Source of the DNA: a virus
Direction: 5' to 3' (one strand)
IMG/VR virus record: IMGVR_UViG_3300045988_102159
Location: 32,001-96,000 of that record
DNA: 64,000 nucleotides
Positions 16,786 through 24,909 of the stretch are shown in pieces. Position numbers and translations under genes: made by a program. Position 1 is the first letter of the stretch. The number at the start of each line of letters is the position of its first letter. The notes under the pieces were generated by a model. The model saw only the letters and a list, made by a program, of their open reading frames with translations, was not told where the DNA came from and ran no database searches.

Positions 16786-16985
16786 TTATTTGATAGAAGA
16801 CCAAATTAAATCATCTGGCGTAGCAAAGCCAGAAGCAATTTTAATATCACAACTGTATTTGATATTATTTTCATGATACTCGTGATATCTAAAAGAAAAT
16901 AGACGCAGTTGGGGTCTACGAAAATAGACCCCAACGCATCATACTCTGATTGCACGCCTGTGTAAAATTTAATATCAGCAGACAT
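16786..16985 (-). pseudogene. mini fibre-N-terminal-module ORF needing a -1 frame change
   Basis: The 59-aa ORF (16806-16985) begins MSADIKFYTGVQSEYDALG..NCVYF, like the neighbouring fibre N-termini. The homologous continuation RYHEYHENNIKYSC..LIWSSIK is in the -1 frame after the T-runs at 16891-16899. Confidence 0.4.
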
Positions 16986-17009
16986 ACAATCTCTTTAATT
17001 TAATTTAAA

Positions 17010-18422
17010 TTAGAGCGTCTGCCACTCAATTAGGCTGTTAGCATACTCCTTAGCAGATTTAAGAGCATCGTCGGCCTTTTTAGTAGCGTCTGTAGCAGCA
17101 GCGTCAACAGCTTCGGTCTTCTTTGTGTCGGCATAAGTCTTAGCTTCAGAAAGAGCGCCAGCAGCAGCACCAGAAGCATCAAAGGCACCGCTGTTTTGAT
17201 AGGCAGCAGAACCTAGACCCTTAACAGCAACGTCTGTACCTTTGACAGAGATTGTGCCGTTAGCGGTACCAGAAATAACGTCAGCGGCCTGAACAGCAGT
17301 ATCAGCCTTAGCGCCCTGAGCAGCGGTAGCATAATTCTTAGCTAGACCATCGGAATAAGCCTTGGCATCTTCAAGAGCCTTGTCAGCCTTTTTACCAGCT
17401 TCGGTGATAGCAGCATCCTTAGCGGCATCAGCCTTTGTGGTGGCATCGGTCGCGGCAGCAGCAATAGCAGCATCCTTGGCGGCATCGGCTTTCTCCTGAG
17501 CATCTGTAGCAGCTTCGCTCTTAGCAGTAGCAATAGCACCAGTTACTTCGTCCTTAGTAAAGTAATTGCTGAGGTCTGCGTCAGAAGTACCAATACGCTC
17601 AAAAGCACCATTGATAAGCATGTATTCAGTATAAACAGACTTGTTGGAGCCTGCGGCATCGGTGCTACCAGCATCGGGAACCATATAGATAGTATCTTCG
17701 TTGGCTTCTGAAACCTCGGGAAGAACGCTAACGATTTCACGCTTGAGGTGGTGCGCATTAGCTACGGCAGCAGCAATAGCGGTATTGGCTTCATCCTTTG
17801 TATAGGCATCGGCGATACCGTAACCAGCAAGAGTAGTAGCTTTGTTAGATTTCTTGTCGATGTTGGCCTGTAGCTCGGTTTTAGCAGCGGTAACCTGACG
17901 GGTTGTTTCAGCAGCAGCTGCTTCAATAGCTTCTGTCTTCTTAGTGGCAGAATCAGCTTTGGCATCTTCTAGAGCTTTGTCGGCTTTAGAAGTAGCGTCT
18001 GTGGCAGCGGCGTCAATAGCAGCCTGCTTAGCATCAGCAGCAGCTTTCTTGATAGAGCCTTCGCCTTCACCTTGAATAACTGTTAATTTTTCATCTGCGG
18101 CAGAAATATTATTTTCAGCAGTAGTAACGCGCTGGGTAAGAGCAGAAAGGTCTGCAGAAACGGTTGTTGGCTTAACAACTGTGATATACTTAGTGCCATC
18201 CCAATAGGCAACATTATCTCCTTTGTCACCTACAATATATAGAGTATTAATTTTACCTTGTTCTGGAAGTGCACTTACTTTCTCATAAATGCCACCAGAG
18301 TATGGGGTATTACCTTTGTAAATGCGCTGCTCTTCTTCTACAAAATAAAGAGTATTAGCATCTTTATTTTCAAGACCTTGATAGCCAGCAAGAGTAGCAG
18401 CTACAAATTTAACTTGACTCAT
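17010..18422 (-). CDS. tail fibre protein with Ala-rich trimeric coiled-coil repeats
   Basis: Has the N-terminal module VKFVAATLAGYQGL..NTLYF..IYKG, KAD/ATDAT repeats, and TTLAGYGIADAYTK, the P2/Mu/T-even fibre GYGI(T/A)DA motif. Confidence 0.8.
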   Translation of the reverse strand: MSQVKFVAATLAGYQGLENKDANTLYFVEEEQRIYKGNTPYSGGIYEKVSALPEQGKINTLYIVGDKGDNVAYWDGTKYITVVKPTTVSADLSALTQRVTTAENNISAADEKLTVIQGEGEGSIKKAAADAKQAAIDAAATDATSKADKALEDAKADSATKKTEAIEAAAAETTRQVTAAKTELQANIDKKSNKATTLAGYGIADAYTKDEANTAIAAAVANAHHLKREIVSVLPEVSEANEDTIYMVPDAGSTDAAGSNKSVYTEYMLINGAFERIGTSDADLSNYFTKDEVTGAIATAKSEAATDAQEKADAAKDAAIAAAATDATTKADAAKDAAITEAGKKADKALEDAKAYSDGLAKNYATAAQGAKADTAVQAADVISGTANGTISVKGTDVAVKGLGSAAYQNSGAFDASGAAAGALSEAKTYADTKKTEAVDAAATDATKKADDALKSAKEYANSLIEWQTL

Positions 18423-18433
18423 TCATATCTCCT

Positions 18434-18856
18434 TTAAATAGTTGTCCATTCTGTATTATTAGCAACACACATATATGTATGAAGGGCCGCATTCCATTTA
18501 TAAATTGCTTTATCGGCAATATATATCATAGTTTCTTTTCCTTCTTTTGGAAAATCTTTAACAGAAGTACCAAAAGTTATGGTTTGTAAATTAGAAGGAG
18601 TAAGCTGTTTCCACCCGTCTTTATAACGCCACATTACGCCAGTTTCTTCTACATAATAGTAGCCTTCAACTGGCGCTAATTTATCAATTCTATCTTTGTC
18701 TGTAGGAAATTCTTGGATACAATTGTATTTAATTCGTAGACCGTTATAATCTAAATAGAGGTGACGTGTATCGGAAACAAAAACTAAATTTCCATCGCTA
18801 ACTGGTAATTTATTTAATTTTGCGGCCACAGTTGTATATACACGAACTACAGCCAT
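18434..18856 (-). CDS. fibre-associated structural protein
   Basis: The N-terminal module (..GNLVFVSDTRHLYLDYNGLRIKY) is shared with the neighbouring fibres. Confidence 0.65.
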   Translation of the reverse strand: MAVVRVYTTVAAKLNKLPVSDGNLVFVSDTRHLYLDYNGLRIKYNCIQEFPTDKDRIDKLAPVEGYYYVEETGVMWRYKDGWKQLTPSNLQTITFGTSVKDFPKEGKETMIYIADKAIYKWNAALHTYMCVANNTEWTTI

Positions 18857-18864
18857 TTTAACTC

Positions 18865-20217
18865 CTAAAATTCTACAATTGTTAAAGCGTTATCCGTGTA
18901 AGTTTTAGAAGTTTCAATGGCTTCTTTCTTTGCTGCTGCAATTGCTTCTGCACTAGCAGTTCCACCGGAACCTACGCTTGTATCAATATACTGCTTAATA
19001 GTAGTACCTTCGGCAATGTCACCGACTTTTTCAGAAAGAATAGTCTTTACTTGAGCAGCATCGACTTTAGTATTTAAATTCTCTTGGATGGGAGAAATTT
19101 GACTATCGGTATATGCTTTAGCTTGTTCAAGTGTCGTGGCATCTTGAGTGTCAGTATATGCTTTTGCATCTTCAAGAGCCTTTGCAGCGGCGCCTGCTTT
19201 TTCATAATTGGCAGCAAGACCGTCGGCATATTCTTTTGCGCTTATCAGAGTGACAGTATCTTTTTCAACAGCAGCGGCAATGGCGGCAGCTTGAGCCGCA
19301 TCTGCTTTCTTCTGTGCTTCTGCAATAGCGGCAGCTTGAGCGGCATCAGCCTTGGTTGTCGCATCAGCGGCAGCAGCGTCAACAGCATCTTGCTTGGCAG
19401 TTGTAACTTCATCTTTAGTCGCGTAACCAGAAAGGTCTACCTTGCTATCACCGATTTTTTCAAATTTCTTAACTTCGCCAGCTACAACGAGAATATATTC
19501 ATCATAATGGTCATCAACTGGAACCATATAGATAGTATTAGCATCAGCTTCATCGACAACAGGGAGAGCATCGACAATAGCGCGCTTTAAGTGGTCTGCT
19601 TTCGCAATAGCAGAAGCGATTGCAGTATCAGTTGCTTCTTTTGTATAAGCATCAGCAATGCCGTATCCAGCCAAAGTAGTTGCTTTATCAGCCTTGCCAG
19701 CGACAGTAGTATCTGTATATGCCTTTGCATCTGCAAGAGCTTTCTTTACAGAGCCTTCACCTTCACCGGTTAAGCTATCTAATTTAGCTTGAATGGCTTC
19801 AATGATTGCTTTAAGATTCTCAACTTGTTCAAAAATTACTTTGAAACCAGAACCGGTATAAATATATCCTTTGTTATCTGTAGTATTAATATAGATAACA
19901 CCTTGTTCTTGGTCGGTTTCTGGAAGAGCTTCTACTACCTTAACATACTCTTTTACCTTGGTTGGGTCAATTTCACCATCAATTCCAATAGGAGAAAGAT
20001 TAAAACCTGTACCCTCAGCTTTTGGTTGAAGCATATATGCTTTATACTTACCATCAACCAATGCGGTAATGACTTGACCGCCATAAGCAATAGCTGAATC
20101 TGCATAGGTCTGTGCGGCTGCTAGCGTCTCATGGACACTTGAAGCATCAAGTGGAAGAGCATTACCACGAGAATAGGCTTTTACAGCAACCAATAGTTTT
20201 GTGCTATCAATAGCCAT
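18865..20217 (-). CDS. tail fibre protein, paralog of 17010-18422
   Basis: Shares TTLAGYGIADAYTKE, HLKRAIVDALP..TIYMVP and Ala-rich KADAAQAAAIA repeats. Confidence 0.8.
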   Translation of the reverse strand: MAIDSTKLLVAVKAYSRGNALPLDASSVHETLAAAQTYADSAIAYGGQVITALVDGKYKAYMLQPKAEGTGFNLSPIGIDGEIDPTKVKEYVKVVEALPETDQEQGVIYINTTDNKGYIYTGSGFKVIFEQVENLKAIIEAIQAKLDSLTGEGEGSVKKALADAKAYTDTTVAGKADKATTLAGYGIADAYTKEATDTAIASAIAKADHLKRAIVDALPVVDEADANTIYMVPVDDHYDEYILVVAGEVKKFEKIGDSKVDLSGYATKDEVTTAKQDAVDAAAADATTKADAAQAAAIAEAQKKADAAQAAAIAAAVEKDTVTLISAKEYADGLAANYEKAGAAAKALEDAKAYTDTQDATTLEQAKAYTDSQISPIQENLNTKVDAAQVKTILSEKVGDIAEGTTIKQYIDTSVGSGGTASAEAIAAAKKEAIETSKTYTDNALTIVEF

Positions 20218-20233
20218 AGTTTATAACTCCTTT

Positions 20234-21238
20234 CTAAATGGTTACTGTAAATGTCATTGGAGCTGCGGCAGGAGCAGCCATAGCGTAACTATAAACTTTA
20301 TAGTTTGCAGCTGTTGCTCCGTTGGCACCTTCGACAGACACGGTTTGCTTGGTAAAGCTAGAAGCCATACCAATATCATTTGTTTCTTCATATTTAACTT
20401 GGCTTACATCACGAAGAGTCGCAGGATAAGCAAAAATAATATACTGCTGTCCCTGAGCAACTTTAATAGTAAGTTTGGTACCAGCAGTAGGATTAAGAGT
20501 CTTACCAGTAAGACCACGTACAATTGCAGAATTTAATTCAGGGACAGAGCCTACGCCAGTACCATAAAAAGCGTTCCGCTTTCCAATATAAGAAAGTACA
20601 TTTGATGTAATAGAGCCAGCAGTAATATGACCAGCTGGGGAATCGTCCCCAAGATTATCCTGCTTGATTGCACCCTCGGCATAAGAAGCAATAGCTTTAA
20701 AAGAAGTGGTACCTTCTCCAATAGTAATTGAATGGTCAGATAGAACTAGTGGGCTAGTAGTACCCTCAAGTACGTCTACAGTACCATCAGAAATTTTAAT
20801 TGCGGTAAGAGCGCCAGCATCTTGCTTCGTAAAGTTTGCTGTCATGGTTGCTGTAAGTGAGGTGCCGACTTCATAATTGCCCGGTTGAGCGCCTTTTGAA
20901 ACCGCAAGAGAAATCTTAGGTGCAATATATGTAGCAGGTACACGTTTCATAATAATCTTTTTAATTAATGCATCTAAATCAGTACCAGCTTCAATAACAT
21001 CACCAGTCTTGATACCTCCAACACTTCCACCAACACCTAGTTGAACAGTGTGAGCCTGTTTAGACTTAGCATTGCCAAGAGTATGCGGTACTTTAGAATC
21101 ATCTACATAAATCATATTATCTTCTGTAGAAATAACGACACTATTTGTACCAATAGTCCCAGCGGTAATACTGTCATTTAGTTTTGTTTCAGAACCATGA
21201 AAAAAACTAATTTTTTTTGCATTTTCTGCATCAGCCAT
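20234..21238 (-). CDS. fibre or baseplate-attached structural protein
   Basis: 334 aa, beta-rich, with the N-terminal module ISFFHGSETKL..NMIYVDD. Confidence 0.65.
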   Translation of the reverse strand: MADAENAKKISFFHGSETKLNDSITAGTIGTNSVVISTEDNMIYVDDSKVPHTLGNAKSKQAHTVQLGVGGSVGGIKTGDVIEAGTDLDALIKKIIMKRVPATYIAPKISLAVSKGAQPGNYEVGTSLTATMTANFTKQDAGALTAIKISDGTVDVLEGTTSPLVLSDHSITIGEGTTSFKAIASYAEGAIKQDNLGDDSPAGHITAGSITSNVLSYIGKRNAFYGTGVGSVPELNSAIVRGLTGKTLNPTAGTKLTIKVAQGQQYIIFAYPATLRDVSQVKYEETNDIGMASSFTKQTVSVEGANGATAANYKVYSYAMAAPAAAPMTFTVTI

Positions 21239-21301
21239 ATGTTTGTAACCCCTCTCTATTGAGTATAAAAATTTTTATATATATAAAAATAAACCATATA
21301 G

Positions 21302-21910
21302 CTAAAATTCTCGAATCTTAACTTCTGCGCTGATAGCTATCTGGTCTAATTTATTTTCTACTGAAACGGCTTTATCATATGCACTTGTTGCAATTTGTTT
21401 GATTTCTTTTGTTTCCTTTGTCCATTCTTGAAATTCTTTACGTTGTTCATCCATTTGTTTTTCCATCTTGTCTCCAAGAGTAGCAAGATGGATTACAGCA
21501 TTTTGAAAAGCGCTAAAATCATCAGAAACGACAAACGCAGAGCCGTCATTTGGGTCGGACAATACATGTACAAGAAAATTCGTACTAGAAGCAATTGATA
21601 CCGAATCAACTAATTCGACACAACAAAGCACGTCTCCTTCATGTAACATGGCTTGCGGCCATTTAATTTCCCATACGATAGGGTCTTCATGTGTTTTTGT
21701 AAAAACATTATATCCTTTTATATCTAGTTGAACATGCCGCCAACTCAAATAAACTTTTGTATCTGCGACACATTGCGCAGCAGCTTCTTGGTCGAAAATA
21801 ATTCTAAAAGTACGACCGTTCGCATCTGCGCCGCCAGCTACAATAGGGTCTTTAATATCTTGGTCAAGAGACTTTAAATTGACTGTAACTGTTTTCAATT
21901 CCTGACTCAT
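21302..21910 (-). CDS. BppU-N-terminal-like baseplate protein
   Basis: ..GADANGRTFRIIFDQ..KVYLSWRHVQLDIKGYN..WEIKWPQAML.. resembles the BppU_N domain and has a coiled-coil C-terminus. Confidence 0.55.
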   Translation of the reverse strand: MSQELKTVTVNLKSLDQDIKDPIVAGGADANGRTFRIIFDQEAAAQCVADTKVYLSWRHVQLDIKGYNVFTKTHEDPIVWEIKWPQAMLHEGDVLCCVELVDSVSIASSTNFLVHVLSDPNDGSAFVVSDDFSAFQNAVIHLATLGDKMEKQMDEQRKEFQEWTKETKEIKQIATSAYDKAVSVENKLDQIAISAEVKIREF

Positions 21911-22435
21911 TTATTCACTCCTTTCATTGCTCTTTTGGCTTACAATAAATTGTGGATTGGAAAGATTGATTCTCGGTAGTTCGCGTATCTCTTCCATTAA
22001 GCCATCAATGAATGAGTTGCCGCCTGCCGCTTTGTAATATAAATATCTGCGCTCCAGAGATTCTAGATTAAGGTCATCAATAGCCTTGATTTCATAGCAA
22101 AAATAGTGATGCTTGTCAATGATATAACTGCGAGAATTTTCCTGCAATCTTTCAAGAGTAAGTTTTTCATGCTCTTGTAGTGTTTTAATATCATTCGATT
22201 GATTGCTAATTTCTTGACTAAGTTTTTTAATATCTGCTTGCAACGAAGCAATACTTTCTATAATCTCAGAGTGCTTTGTATCTTTAAGTGTCTGATAGTT
22301 GAAATATTTTTTTAATTTATCATAAAAATATTCCAATAGCTCACTTAAAAATTTAAAAGCGACAGCTAAAGTCACAACTAGCATAACGATAGCTCCGAAA
22401 GAGTATTGCGACACCAGTTGCGACAAAGCATCCAT
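21911..22435 (-). CDS. membrane-anchored coiled-coil protein
   Basis: The start is taken at Met 22435 (MDALSQLVSQYSFGAIVMLVVTLAVAF..), downstream of the terminator. The longer ORF-track version overlaps the collar gene and the terminator. Confidence 0.55.
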   Translation of the reverse strand: MDALSQLVSQYSFGAIVMLVVTLAVAFKFLSELLEYFYDKLKKYFNYQTLKDTKHSEIIESIASLQADIKKLSQEISNQSNDIKTLQEHEKLTLERLQENSRSYIIDKHHYFCYEIKAIDDLNLESLERRYLYYKAAGGNSFIDGLMEEIRELPRINLSNPQFIVSQKSNERSE

Positions 22436-22513
22436 TCTCGGCAATATCCCTTCTTCTCTACATAGTCTAATATAATATGAAAATAATTTGCATTTGATTT
22501 TAGGAATTTGCCC

Positions 22514-22547
22514 ATAAAAAAACGAGGGAAACATAAAGTTTCCCTCG
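22514..22547 (-). terminator. intrinsic terminator closing the collar-gene cassette
   Basis: Perfect 10-bp hairpin CGAGGGAAAC / GUUUCCCUCG followed by T7 on the minus strand. Confidence 0.75.
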
Positions 22548-22553
22548 AATAAA

Positions 22554-23030
22554 TTAAGCTGTACGTCTGTACATATTACAGGTGATGTATGCGGGGCGTG
22601 AATCCCAATATAACTCTTTTGTAACCATAACAGGATGTGATATAGAACCAACAGAACTTGCAATATTAGCATTACAACTATGGTTATATTGAGAATGTAC
22701 CTTTGTATCGTCTGCCAACTTAATAATATTATCAGTATATTTCTTTGAATTAGAAACATTCACAAAATTACATAATGATATATCTATGTCTGCATTCCAA
22801 GTTGGAACGATTGTGCCATACCAAGCACCATATACATACGAAAAGCCGATATTACCAGAAAAGCCACCAGTAGAATTCAGGGCATTGTTTTCACTAGAGG
22901 ATTGTAAAAATTTCCCATCAATCTTTTCCCAAGAGCCACCAACTGAATCTACTGGAGATACATCGCTAAAAGTAATATATACCGAACCAATAGGATAAAC
23001 AATGTCTAGGAGGTTAACAAAATTTGACAT
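22554..23030 (-). CDS. tail-collar-domain family protein P5 (divergent)
   Basis: N-terminus MSNFVNLLDIVYPIGSVYITF..SPVDSVGGSWEKI and C-terminus ..RPAYITCNMYRRTA. RBS AGGAGG. Confidence 0.75.
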   Translation of the reverse strand: MSNFVNLLDIVYPIGSVYITFSDVSPVDSVGGSWEKIDGKFLQSSSENNALNSTGGFSGNIGFSYVYGAWYGTIVPTWNADIDISLCNFVNVSNSKKYTDNIIKLADDTKVHSQYNHSCNANIASSVGSISHPVMVTKELYWDSRPAYITCNMYRRTA

Positions 23031-23054
23031 TATGCAACACCTCCTAGCATATAG

Positions 23055-23453
23055 CTAGGCTGTTCGGAAATAGATGTTAAAAGCCCTGTACTTTGGACGA
23101 TTGTCAAACGGCTTATAAGAATATTGCGCATCTTGGTTCTTGCCATCAGCAACGCGTGACACATCAAAACCATAAACACCGTTGCCCGGAGCAAAGAAAC
23201 TAATAGTTTTTGGTAATCCAAACGCGTCGCAAGTGCCGCCTGTAACCCAAACATTTGACGGCAGATTTGCGACAGAAAGTTTACCTTCATTTGTTCCACC
23301 TGTTGCACCGGGCGTTCCATTGCAAATGAAAGTGTCGCTGTCGAGCTTCGTCCATGTTCCACCAATTGAATCTGCTGGTGAGACTGAATTATTTGAGATA
23401 AATACTGACCCAACTGGGTAGACAATATCCAAGAGGTTAACGTAGTTAGACAT
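23055..23453 (-). CDS. tail-collar-domain family protein P4 (divergent, lacks His cluster)
   Basis: MSNYVNLLDIVYPVGSVF..SPADSIGGTWTKL at the N-terminus and ..RPKYRAFNIYFRTA at the C-terminus. Confidence 0.75.
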   Translation of the reverse strand: MSNYVNLLDIVYPVGSVFISNNSVSPADSIGGTWTKLDSDTFICNGTPGATGGTNEGKLSVANLPSNVWVTGGTCDAFGLPKTISFFAPGNGVYGFDVSRVADGKNQDAQYSYKPFDNRPKYRAFNIYFRTA

Positions 23454-23471
23454 ACGCCACCTCGCTTAGAT

Positions 23472-23852
23472 TTAAGCGGTTCGATACCAGATGAAGCAAG
23501 TTGTGTAGGGCGGCAAGTTGTTGTGTGCTGCCCCCCCCCCTGTAAAGTTACCTTGATTGTCATTCGCTGATAAATAATTACTACTGCTATTAGAGCAGGT
23601 CACGCTAGAACCACCAAAAGCTGATGCCCATGTTGATACCCATAATCTATGATGATGATTAGGCATTTCATCAATAGTCAAGGTATGCGTTGCTTCGCCG
23701 CCAGTTTGATTTGCAGTATCAGCACCATAAAGGAATGTCTTAATCTGTGTCCATGTACCACCAATAAAATCAGCAGGTGATGTTGCATCCATGCTTTGAT
23801 AAATTGAGCCTACTGGATATACAATATCCAATAGGTTTACAAAATTACTCAT
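23472..23852 (-). CDS. tail-collar-domain protein P3 (complete collar motifs; contains the G10 tract)
   Basis: YPVGSIY..GGTW..GGEATHTLTIDEMPNHHH..GGGAAHNNLPPY..WYRTA matches the Phage_Tail_Collar pattern (P.G, GG..H.LT...P.H.H, H.N.PPY). Confidence 0.8.
   Translation of the reverse strand: MSNFVNLLDIVYPVGSIYQSMDATSPADFIGGTWTQIKTFLYGADTANQTGGEATHTLTIDEMPNHHHRLWVSTWASAFGGSSVTCSNSSSNYLSANDNQGNFTGGGAAHNNLPPYTTCFIWYRTA
23531..23540 (-). repeat. homopolymeric G10 tract (C10 on the + strand) inside P3
   Basis: Read directly. It encodes the GGG of ..FTGGGAAHNN.., 77 nt upstream of the P4 start codon. Confidence 0.95.
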
Positions 23853-23896
23853 TTATATCCTTTCTAATTTAATAGAAAGAATATTATAAAATCTTC

Positions 23897-24352
23897 TTAG
23901 GCTGTTCTCTTATATACATTTATAGAATAGTGATATGGAATATGTTGCTGTTGGTCTGTTACAAAATTACCATTATCATCAATTCTCCAAGTATCTTTAG
24001 TCCACAAATTCCAACCAGAATCGCCGCCATCTGCTCCGCCATATGACAAGAATTGCCATGCGTTGCCAGTAGCAGCATTAGTGAGCCAAAAACCAATATT
24101 GGCGTATTGCGCCTTAGCACTATGCCAAGCAAAAACCTGGTGTTGATGGTCTGGAATGGCGAGCTTAGAAATCGTATCACTGCCAGAAAAACGCCCAGCT
24201 AAACTGTAAGTATCGCCACTTGCCGCAAGCAAGCAATTTTCAATTTGTTCCCAAGTTCCGCCGATAGAATCAGCAGGAGAAGTGGCATTGGTAGTAATAT
24301 AGATACTTCCAACTGGATAAATAATGTCAAGAAGATTTACAAAATTAGACAT
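23897..24352 (-). CDS. tail-collar-domain family protein P2
   Basis: MSNFVNLLDIIYPVGSIYIT..SPADSIGGTWEQI, ..IPDHQHQ.., ..HIPYHYSINVYKRTA. Confidence 0.75.
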   Translation of the reverse strand: MSNFVNLLDIIYPVGSIYITTNATSPADSIGGTWEQIENCLLAASGDTYSLAGRFSGSDTISKLAIPDHQHQVFAWHSAKAQYANIGFWLTNAATGNAWQFLSYGGADGGDSGWNLWTKDTWRIDDNGNFVTDQQQHIPYHYSINVYKRTA

Positions 24353-24396
24353 GGCAAACCACCATGCCTAGAACAGCCATTGAAGAAGAAGCTACA

Positions 24397-24444
24397 TTAC
24401 TGTAGCCCCCCCCAATGACTGTGATTAGTCATTAAGTTTTTCAT
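24397..24444 (-). CDS. leader ORF 2 (15 codons, MKNLMTNHSHWGGLQ) containing the G8 tract
   Basis: AAAGGA RBS 4 nt upstream of the ATG. A 7-bp hairpin AATGACT/AGTCATT abuts the tract. Confidence 0.4.
   Translation of the reverse strand: MKNLMTNHSHWGGLQ
24406..24413 (-). repeat. homopolymeric G8 tract (C8 on the + strand) between P1 and P2
   Basis: Read directly. It lies 53 nt upstream of the P2 start codon. Confidence 0.95.
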
Positions 24445-24487
24445 AATATCCTTTCATTTAGGATATTAGATAAGTTAATGTGAGTAA

Positions 24488-24886
24488 TTATGCGGTTCTA
24501 CGATACATATGAACTGTTATATATGGTGGCATATTATTATGAGCTTGGCTACCGCCCCTAACTGGATTCGCTGTTATATCCGTATTGCCACCGCCGCCTG
24601 AGACGCCGCCTATGCTATAACCTCCTGAATTGAAATTATAAGATACAGACCAGGCCCATACATTGTCTCTAAACTCGTGATGATGCGCAGGAATTTCATT
24701 AATAGTTAGCTTGTGCGTTTCTTCGCCACCAGTAATACCAGTGGTACCAGCAGAGCCATACAAGAAAGTATTTTCTAATAATTCCCATGTGCCGCCAATA
24801 ACATCTGTCGGAGACGTTTCATTGAATGTTATATATACGCTGCCAACTGGATATATGATATCAAGCAGATTTACAAAATTACTCAT
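24488..24886 (-). CDS. tail-collar-domain protein P1 (complete collar motifs)
   Basis: YPVGSVY..GGTW..GGEETHKLTINEIPAHHH..GGSQAHNNMPPYITVHMYRRTA. RBS GGAGGG. Confidence 0.8.
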   Translation of the reverse strand: MSNFVNLLDIIYPVGSVYITFNETSPTDVIGGTWELLENTFLYGSAGTTGITGGEETHKLTINEIPAHHHEFRDNVWAWSVSYNFNSGGYSIGGVSGGGGNTDITANPVRGGSQAHNNMPPYITVHMYRRTA

Positions 24887-24909
24887 ATAACCCTCCTAGG
24901 TCGAGAGCA

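Noticed and set aside
19084-19590. Long ORFs antisense to or out of frame with the Ala-rich fibre genes and other big genes (for example 19084-19590 at 168 aa, 26187-26585, 37756-38160, 17342-17965).
   Set aside because: They lie inside strongly supported structural genes. Their open frames are explained by GCN/ACN-rich repetitive codons, they have no RBS, and their peptides are low-complexity.
21911-22759. 282-aa version of the ORF overlapping collar gene P5 and the terminator.
   Set aside because: The first 108 codons overlap P5 out of frame and run through a strong terminator. The internal Met at 22435, downstream of a TATATTA element, is the credible start.
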